From contig NC_043002.1 of NCBI RefSeq assembly GCF_006345805.1, positions 102,610,001 to 102,674,000 on the forward strand: DNA of 64,000 nt, read 5' to 3'. Under the pieces are notes generated by a model that saw nothing but the letters and a program-made list of their open reading frames with translations, did no database searches and had not been told where the DNA came from. A program made the translations under genes and the position numbers. The stretch comes from Octopus sinensis. Lineage: Eukaryota. This document shows, in pieces, positions 54,150 through 64,000 of this stretch; within the stretch, counting starts at the first letter, position 1; the number at the start of each line of letters is the position of its first letter.

Positions 54150-54680
54150 CTTTATCCTGATGATAATGTTAGGGTCTTTGGCACAATGCAGTGGCACCTC
54201 GGTCTGCTATCTGTGTAATTTGCAATGCCAAAGTTTGGAACAAATACTACCATGGAATTCCTGATATATCTCGTAGCATATCTTCCCAGCCTTCGGTCTA
54301 GAGAATAGAATACTATCCTTTTAACCTGTCTCATTGAGACTCTTTGTGTAGCTTCGCTGGATTGGTTCGAGTTCCGTCGTTAATTTTACACTCTTTGGTG
54401 TCCATAGCTGCGTGGAGTAGTCTAAACTTTTGTGGACAGATGTAATTTAGAGGACAACCGTCGTTGCGGCTTCTCTCGTTCTGAAAGTTCTAAGTTTCAC
54501 TCCGGTCGGTCGCCTGCATATTACTGCCACCTTAGTAATATGCACCTCGAAAGATCCAACATAGCTCAAGTCCCTTCTTGGATCACACACTGATTATCAT
54601 TCAGGGTTTCCAGTACCTCCAAATCTAAAAGAATCCTCTTTGGGTCCCATGTAGCGCAGGACTTGTAATTTCGCAACATT
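54150..54680 (-). mobile_element. Decayed CR1/L2-type LINE 3' fragment
   Basis: Similar to 43150-43600 (GGTGTCCATAGCTG.G.AG.AGTC.AA, GACTTG.G segment). Confidence 0.65.
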
Positions 54681-55109
54681 AAATTATTTACGTATATGTA
54701 TTTCGTTTTCTTCAAATTCTTAATATCTAAATTTGTTCCATACTGAGAATTATTTTAAGAACTTGATGTTCACCAGCCTCTTTTCCATCGACTTACAATT
54801 CCTTCCAGGTTTCTCTACGTTATTTTCCTTGAATTTCCGAAGTTTGATCTGTATAATTTTCCCGGCATCCTCTTTTAGCGTCTATAGCTGATTTTAGTTT
54901 TGAAAAGTTTCTAAACGAGCCAAAGAAACTGCTCCAGGCTGTGAATCGATTGGTTAGGACTAGTCACATCTGCAACTCATACAAATTAACTCTGTTTAAT
55001 CAGTTGGCAATACAAGGAACTATTTACTCTAATTAGAAGATCGGATCGAATAATTTAAACTTCACTGCATTATTTCCAACATTTATCTCTTAAATTTTCT
55101 CAATCATTA

Positions 55110-55305
55110 GACTGTGGCCATGCTGGGGTACCGCCTCGAAGAATTTTAGACGAATGAATCGATTCCATTTCATTTAAAGTCTGGCACTTATTGTATCCTC
55201 AGCTTTGCCGATCTGCTAAGTTTTGGGAACGTAAACAAACCAACACCGGCTGGGCGTCAAGTGGTCGTAGTGGGGGACAAAAGCGCAACCCCGTATGCGC
55301 GCGCA
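55110..55305 (-). mobile_element. SINE family B 3' fragment
   Basis: GACTGTGGCCATGCTGGGGTACCGCC...TTTGCCGA.CTGCTAAG...GTAAACAAACCAACACCGG. Confidence 0.7.
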
Positions 55306-57249
55306 CACACACACACATGCTCACACTCGTAGATATCTTACCACACTGCCATGGCTGGAATCTTCAAAAGTTCTAAACTTATAAAAGTTATTACTTCAAT
55401 AAGGAACACTATTCGCTTCTTTCGCTGTTTCTATATATTCCACAATCTATTTATATCACTAACTGATTTCCATATTTAATGTTGGAAAATCTGCTTGGAA
55501 TCCAAAAGATTTTATACAACAGCTCTCGTCCGTATGTCTATAAGGTGTGTGCATATAAGTGACGAAGTTCTATCTGGAAAATTGAATTTCCTCAAATGAA
55601 GGATAATTAATTTAGGGCAGAAAACCTTAAATGTAGTAACGCCATATTCCTATAAGTACCTAACACATGGCCGTTTCTGATGCTCGTAAGTACACAAAAT
55701 CTCTCCTCTGAGGAGTTCTAAATATGTTGCGTTTATCTACACAGATTTTCGATCAATAATTCCCCTACCCGCTTATGTTTAGCCCTAAATGTTCAAAACT
55801 GCGAGAGCTGTAGTTAATTGTAGTTTGATAGTGTGTCTATTTTGCTTTCTTACGTTCGTAATTGTGAACGGTTTCAGGAAAAGTCTTCAGCAAGATTATT
55901 GATGGTCTCCTAAAGAAGTGAGACTGAGAAAATTAGACAATTCGCATTGTTGGCTGGCATCATTGAACAGAAATATACGCTTGGGGGTGGAGAATTTCCA
56001 GACGACAACGCTGTGACAAAGAATGAGAGATAGGAGTCGTCAGTGCAGCACTGCAGGTGGAATACAGCCTCAGTATGAAATCAGCCAATCCCGAGGATAC
56101 AAACCCACTGCAGTAAGAGGAGGAAAGGCAGATGGAAGCGACAGTACATATCTGCGTCGTATATTGCGATGGACATATACATGCTAACATATTCATGGTA
56201 AGCTCTCTGCTGTGTCTGCGTCGGCTGTATTGTAGGTCATTAGCGTCTGAGCGTGCGTTTCTGTCTGTGCGTGTATTCGTGAGTGTATGCGTTTGTATGA
56301 GGATGACACTGACCTAGTTCTATCAGCAGCCGACCAATATAAGTCTCATTTGATTAGCGGACCAATGACCGAAAGAGTTTAGACTAGTTTTGTGCAGTTC
56401 TAGAACACAATAAGTATTTTAATTCTTAACAGAATAGGATTTGATGAGGGAGAGATATGTCTCGTTGCTCTAGGAACTCATGCTGCCACCCTAAAGGCCC
56501 TCACGTAATCATACGATACAGTGTTAGGTACACAAATACATTTTGAAGTCCATAGCATCTATAAATACTTACCCAAATTGATTGTTTTCTTTATACTACC
56601 AAATAGGTGAAGGTGCATAGCTTAGTAGTTAAGGCATTCTGCTCATGATAACAAGATCGTGGTTTCGAATTCTGGCGGTGTGTTGCGCTTTTTTTTTTTT
56701 AAAGCAAAACACATATTTCATGCTGGTTTGCGATCACTTCCACATCTGACATGTGACACACCGCAATCCTTTATAGACAATATAGGTTTAATTGCTGGAA
56801 CGTGCTCTTGTAAAGCATAAACATTTGAACACTATAAGCAAATCTTCTTACCAGGTTGTACTGCCAGAATTTGAAGAACCCTCATCTCTCGTTTACGACA
56901 GAAAACACCATAAAAACAAACCAATTGTAAACACGTGTTTCTTAATTACAACACATATAAATGAAATATCCCATAGTTCACTACTTAAACAAAGTTAACA
57001 CAGACTTAATTATTTCTCTTTCTGCTCAGTAAAGTTTTTCATGGATATTTTGTAAAGCTAATAATGGTGTTTTTATAATCGCAACTACGAAATATTTATT
57101 CAGAACCTACTAATATTTCTCTCCGAACTAATTTCCTCATGTAATACAGTCAGCAAGATCGAGTGTATTTCCTTATAGAGGTTTCATAACTTCGAAACAT
57201 ACTCGCAGATGTCACCTTAATTGCAAGAGCAGACACGCTTCAATATTCT

Positions 57250-57457
57250 CTCTTTTTACTCTCTTTTACTTGTTTCAGTCATTTGACTGCGGCCATGCTG
57301 GAGCACCGCATTTAATCGAGCACCTCGACCCCGGGACTTATTCTTTTGTAAGCCCAGTACTTATTCTATCGGTCTCTTTTGCCGAACCGCTAAGTAACGG
57401 GGACATAAACACACCAGCATCGGTTGTCAAGCAATGCTAGGGGAACAAACACTTACA

Positions 57458-57506
<49 letters not shown>

Positions 57507-57668
57507 GACGGGCTTCTTCCAGTTTCCGTTTACCAAATCCACTAACAAGGATATGGTCGGCCCGAGGCTATAGTAGAAGACACTTGCCCAAGGTGCCACG
57601 CAGTGGGACTGAACCAGGTACCATGTAGTTAGTAAACAAGCTACTTACCACACAACCACTCCTGCGCC
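57250..57668 (-). mobile_element. Full-length tRNA-derived SINE family B with internal (TA)n
   Basis: Minus strand head GGCGCAGGAGTGGTTGTGTGGTAAG...GGTTCAGTCCC, body GCACCTTGGGCAAGTGTC, internal TA run, and tail GACTGAAACAAGTAAAAGAGAGTAAAAAG. Confidence 0.9.
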
Positions 57669-58960
57669 TATGTTGCCTATTATAAATATCGAATTAAAAC
57701 TAATTTAGAATTGTCTCCTCTAACTTTTGGGACCTGAAATACAAACTAAAATGGTGATTATTTCTCTTTACTATGAACGTAATGTTAATTAATTAAACGT
57801 CAGATCTCTTTATATAAATGTTTAAATAGCTATTGTAAACCATTATTTTTCAAGTAGATTGTGTCCCTGAGTAAATTTCTTTCATACACGTGTTGTCACA
57901 TAAATATTCATTTTTAGATGATTCGTTTTAGATCCTTAGATCCTACTCAGGTATTTATTTTTTATATACTTGTACTTTGGGTTATACGATTTTATATTCT
58001 GATATACGAGATTATATGATTTTCTATATTCCATAATTAAACAGCCCTTAGCTGAAGAAATTGTAATTAAGATTCTGGAATGCCAGAATCTTCATATCGG
58101 TCATGTCATTGTGACTATTATCCCTTCATATAGACTTAATTCTCTTAATATTAAATCATTGAGAATTCACCGAGGAAAATGTGAAGAAAAAATAAGAGTC
58201 AAGCAATCAAAAAGACTTTTATATCTTTCCTAAGATTGATACGGAGTGGAATTTTAATTAAGAAAATAACCTTCACAAAAAATGTCATATGAAGAGAGTA
58301 AAGGTAAAACGGTAAGAATAATGACGACGCGAGAAAGTAGAGGAGGAAAGAGAGAGAGAGAGACAGACACAGAGATAGAGATAAAGAGAGAGAGAGTGAG
58401 ACAGACAGACAGACAGAGAAGGAAACAGAGAGAGGGAGTGGGAGAAATAATATTGTCATTGGAAATTGTGTATGTGAGTAAATATTTATAAAGTTTCTAT
58501 TCAGAGTTAAGAAATAAATTTGGTGTCATTGATGATAATAAGTAGCACATCATGCATGCAGGAAGAAGAGCGTTATATACTGCAGGTGATAATAATGATA
58601 AAGCTAAGAACAAAACGAAAAGGTAAGAATAAACAGAAGAAAATGAAAGGCATGGAGTGAACACAAATAAACAACAAACAAACATTGTTAGTGAATGTAT
58701 ATCATTGTTCGGAAGAGATAGAGTCTGTGAAACAGTTTATGCAGAGCAGATTTTATTTTATGGTTGAAGTTGCTGTAAAGATTGAATAAAATCGTGATTG
58801 AAAGCTGCAAGCAATCGTATAGAGGAATATAATGTTATGTAGATAAACTAGGTGTGAAGTCAGGTTTGAGAGGAAATGAGAATGTAGAAGGAAGAATAGT
58901 AAAGTAGAGCAAATAAGTGAGAGAAACACTCGATGAGAAGGTAAAAAGAGTCATCATATA

Positions 58961-59020
<60 letters not shown>

Positions 59021-59301
59021 GAATGAGAAATGAATAAATACTGCAATAAAGAGGCGGAAATTAACGACACAGAGAGATATAGACAGTGATGAAAGAAGAA
59101 CAGTGAGTGCAATAATTCTTTGTTAAAATGATATTATTATGTATGGTGCTGAATAATATGTTATGTAAACAGAAACACACACAGCCAAAGAAAAACACAT
59201 GACACACGCCACATACACCACACATAGAGATCTAAAAAGCACATCCACACACACGCATATATATATATATTATATGGTGTATATATATATATGATGTGGG
59301 G

Positions 59302-59427
<126 letters not shown>

Positions 59428-59899
59428 GTGATGCTTTTTCAATGTGTACGAATAACAAGGAAAAAGTAAATAAATAGTTAAAACGGTGGCAAAAGTTCAC
59501 GTAAGTTCCAAAGATATTACAGCCGATTCATAAAGGTAGAAATTCCAAGGTTAAGGGAAATGTTTTTGTATGACATGGATAAATTAAGAAACGGAGTAAA
59601 ACGCCGGTGTTATTCAAATCCTTTTTCCTTCCAAAATATGTTGCAAAAAAATTCCGAAATTTTTTTCTGAACGGAATAGGAGTGATGTAAAACAATGCAA
59701 CCTTCTCGTCAGGGAATGAGGGGAACAAAACACATCAATAAGCCGTTTTAACCGAATTTGATTACCACGTTCGGAGATATATGATATAAGGAGAATGCTA
59801 GCAAGTTATGTTGTTTTTTACTGTTAATAGCAATAAATCAAAAAACGTGTTTTTGCAGCTTAAGGGAGATAACCGTTCTTTATTTTCCTTTATACTTAA

Positions 59900-60145
59900 A
59901 AAAAAATCTAGGACTTCTAAAGATAACAAAGTTCGATCTCGTAAAACAATTCACTCGATCATTCCATTTAATAAGCAGATCAAATCCAACCTCCCTCATC
60001 GGTTTCGTGAAGCTATAGATAAGAATTTTCCAAAGAATTCCAGATACCAATCTATTATCAATTCACATCGAATTAGGATAGATTTTTCAAATTCTAAAAA
60101 CCATTAAGGAATCATTTCTTCACATAACCATAAGTTAGACGATAC
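59900..60145 (+). mobile_element. PLE linker-region fragment, same family as 50690-50900
   Basis: RSRKTIHSIIPFNKQIKSNLPHRFREAIDKNFPKNSRYQSIINSHRIRIDFSN aligns with the corresponding stretch at 50700-50870. Confidence 0.75.
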
Positions 60146-61049
60146 AAAGAAAACAAGAATGGGTCATTCGAAGTTTTCTACCTTCAGTCAAAACCAGATT
60201 ATCCTCGCAATTTCGGCTTATTATTCTTGAGATTGCTGCAATCTGGCCGGCCCCAAGGAAAAACTAAACTAAGAGCATTAGATTCCTTGGAAGAAAGCAG
60301 CGAATATATACAAAAACAAGGAATGAAAAAACGGACAAAGTTACACAAATATAAATACAATAATAAATACAATAAAAATTATGACAAGACATAACAACAG
60401 GTGTCTTTCGACTAAGGACGAATTGAATTAAGCTGGGGAGTGTGGAAATATACAAACATGTATATATATATACTCACAGACACACACATATATCTGTGTG
60501 GATATATTCACAAATACACGCGCATGTAGAACCTCTTATAAACGTATATATATATATAAATGCACACGTCAATACATACATACATGTGTGATTTGTGTGT
60601 ATGTGTGTGTGTTGTGTGTGTGTGTGGTGGTGTGTGTGTGTGTGTGCGTGTGCGTACACTTTGACTGGAATATTTTTTCTTTTTGTTTTTGTACGCATTT
60701 AGACATTAGAAATATATAGAGGTGGTAATCGTGATTGAAAATAGCATTATTTATTCATATATTTGCAATGTCAGCCCAAGATTTTATGAGGTTGTGTTTC
60801 TCGTAGAAACAGGTTTCCGCAAAGATAACGATATCTAAAAGATAGCAACGTTCAAACATGCTATTCTTCACGCCTAGATAATTTTGTATTTTGAATAATT
60901 TTCTTTTCAAACTCTCATTACTATTCAGTGCTCTTTAAAGCTTCTGCTAAAGATGAAATTGCTTTTGTATGAGAAGGAAAGGAATATATTTTGTCATCAG
61001 TAACACAGATAGAATAGCGTTTTCATACAAAGATAAATATAAACGTTCA

Positions 61050-61090
<41 letters not shown>

Positions 61091-62263
61091 GTCACATTTA
61101 GTTGGAGATAAAGTTAAAATCCAGTATTTCCAAATCTGTATGCAAATGTTATATTTGTGTAAAGTATGCATAAGATCTGAATATAGAAAATATTTTCCTC
61201 AGAATATTAATATCAAAATAGCAGAGTGAAACTTTTCGGAGGTATTGTTTATAAACCATTACACATGTTTTACTTTCTAATAGGAGTTACAAAATTGCAC
61301 ATGTAGTACAAAACATCTAAAGTATTTCTTATCATAAGGCGGTGATCCAGCATAGCCACAGTCCAATGACTAAAACAAATAAATGAGTAAAAGAGAGTAA
61401 AGAGTGTATCAATATTAGTCCAGTTCTTGACGTCATCAAATCACTGTTCTAGGTTTTCTTCCCGAGCATTTTCCATTTAACGTTCTTTCTACCTTTTTTT
61501 CCTTTATCGTGATAACAATGGCCTCTTTAAAAAAATGCCGAGAGTAATTTTTTTTGTACTTACTATTCGTATGAGCTTCGTCAATTTTGTATGTTGACCA
61601 AGATATTCTTAACATTCTACTAAAGGTGCATATTTCAAAAGCTTATAGTTTGTCAGTTCGTCAATAGGCATCTTTCTACACCATAAAATATGGTGCACTA
61701 TATGCAAAGTAAAGTTACACTGTCTTCTTGTTTTCTCTCTGTATGTATATTCCTCGGTGTTATAGGTTTCGGCTTATTTTCTAGCGATATTCTTGCAATT
61801 TCTATTATTGGTTTGTTCTCTTGATGGTGCATTGATGGTTATCTTCATATTAGGAGGTGCCTGATTCTTGCTGATTGCCATAACGTGGTGCTCGTATGCG
61901 CAATCACAAGAAAACGCTCACGCACATACAGACACACAAGTACATACGCATGTTCTTAGGTGTGAGAAAGGTTTTCTTTTACACGTTATGAAAAATGTGA
62001 TTAATTTTCTTTCTTTATTTCAATTAGTCGGAATTAAGCTTTATGATGTCCATGAATGCAGATCTTCATCAATCTTATATTCTGGAAGACATTGTTGTTG
62101 ATGTTGTTGTTGTCCACCTCCTTGTTGTTTTTGTTGCTGGTGTATTTATATTAATGTGTAGTATTCATACAATGCCATAATTAATAGAGCAGAGAGATAA
62201 AAATAAAGGACTTGCTTTCAGAAATTGACAAGTTACGATATATTAATAATAAATCACTCACTC

Positions 62264-62264
<1 letters not shown>

Positions 62265-62340
<76 letters not shown>

Positions 62341-62646
62341 ATATATATATAATATATATTATATATATAATATAATATATATATAATATATATATATAGA
62401 TATATATATATAATATATATATATAATATATTATATATAATATATATATATATATATAATATATATATATATAATATAAAATATATTATTATATAAGGAG
62501 CTTCTGGACTAGAATTTCATCAAAAGAAATATAGAGATTCCTATGTTTAGATCTATTGCAGAAGCTCGTCTATATAATAAAGTAATACTCTTGGTATTAT
62601 ATTTATAACCCCGATATACCTACATATTATAGTTAATATATATATA

Positions 62647-62695
<49 letters not shown>

Positions 62696-62845
62696 TATAA
62701 TATAATATAATATAATATATTATATTATATATATAATATTATATATATATGATATTGATATAATATATATTATATATAATACATATATAATATATATATA
62801 ATCTATATATATTATATATATATACATTATAATATATTATATATA

Positions 62846-62890
<45 letters not shown>

Positions 62891-63002
62891 TATAATATAT
62901 ATATAATATATATATAATAATATATATATATATAAATATGTATAAATATAATATATATATCATCTGGGACTCTTGACAGGAAGATGTCCAGCTTTGATTT
63001 AA

Positions 63003-63069
<67 letters not shown>

Positions 63070-63140
63070 GTATATATATGTATATATATGTATATATATG
63101 TATATATATATATTATAATATATATAGATATAAATATAAT
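62265..63140. repeat. Large (TA)n-rich array with embedded islands
   Basis: Directly visible; interrupted by 62475-62640 and 62960-63000. Confidence 0.95.
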
Positions 63141-63391
63141 ATATAATATACAAGATAAGAAAATGGGGAAATACATCTAAATCAAACATCAATTACCATA
63201 TAATACTCAATCACATACTTTATTGAACCACCACATAAGAGACTCTAGGGTTAAATATAAAAAGTAGAACAAATAAGTGTACATAAAGGAATGTACATGA
63301 AAAAGTGTACATAAAAGTGTAATGTTGTATAATAAGGAGGATATATATAAAAGAGAATATAAATATAAGTAAATATAAATATAAGTATAGA

Positions 63392-63530
63392 TTACATCTT
63401 ACAGCTGTTTCGGCCATATAGATAAGTATGTCTCATTTTACCAATATCAGCCTTTTATGGTAGGTCAATATATAGATATAAATGAGTCGTTTACAAAAAT
63501 ATCATAAGGCCTCTTCGGAGATTATGTAAT
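63392..63530 (-). ncRNA. Type I hammerhead-like RNA with a variant core (CCGAAGA)
   Basis: Minus strand: ATTACATAATCT-CCGAAGA-GGCC...92 nt...GGCC-GAAAC-AGCT-GT-A-AGATGTAAT. Stem I is 3 bp + bulge + 6 bp, and stem III is palindromic. Confidence 0.6.
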
Positions 63531-63637
63531 ATAAATCAGTCTACATATATACCCACATGGGTGTGGGTGCATACCCATAATACAACATATACATATAAAA
63601 ATATACATATATATATATATAATATATAATATATATA

Positions 63638-63669
<32 letters not shown>

Positions 63670-63799
63670 ATATAATATATATATAATATGTAAATCTATA
63701 TAATATAATAATATAATATATAATTTATTTATATATAATATATATAAATGTTTGTGTGTTTGTGTGTGTCTGCGTATTTGTGTTTGTGTGTGTGATTGT

Positions 63800-63955
63800 C
63801 TCTCCACTCATTTGACAACCGATGTCAGTTTGTTTACGTCTTAGTGTTTCGGCAAAAGAGAGCGATAAAATAAGTTTTTGGGTTACAAAGAACAAATCGT
63901 TCGATCTAAAACGGCTGTGCGCCAGCATGACCGCTTATCAAATGACTGAAGCAAT
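63800..63955 (+). mobile_element. Diverged SINE family B 3' fragment
   Basis: TTGACAACCGATG..GTTTGTTTACGTC...CGGCAAAAGAGA.CGAT...GCCAGCATG.CCGC...AAATGACTGAA. Confidence 0.65.
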
Positions 63956-64000
63956 TTAAAGAACACACATACACACACACACACTTATATATATATTATA

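Overview
AT-rich, microsatellite-dense eukaryotic (animal) DNA, either intergenic or intronic. The SINE families and the (TA)n/(CA)n/(GA)n load resemble those I associate with Octopus/coleoid cephalopod genomes; this is inference from pattern recognition, not a database hit. No confidently identifiable host gene, rRNA, tRNA gene or CRISPR array is present. Most ORFs in the supplied track are artefacts of simple repeats. Supported features: several Penelope-like element (PLE) fragments (an RT and GIY-YIG pieces) with pseudo-LTRs carrying type I hammerhead-ribozyme motifs, one with a fully canonical core and several with recurrent non-canonical cores; a decayed CR1/L2-type LINE (APE+RT) plus smaller fragments; the 3' end of an R4/Dong-type RLE retrotransposon nested with other repeats in (TAA)n tracts; an internally deleted mariner; a non-autonomous Helitron; at least four tRNA-derived SINE families (two copies with TSDs); and a 1.36-kb higher-order compound trinucleotide array. 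A tentative two-exon 3' end of a host gene encoding a C-terminal hydrophobic anchor lies at 27551-28477 (+).
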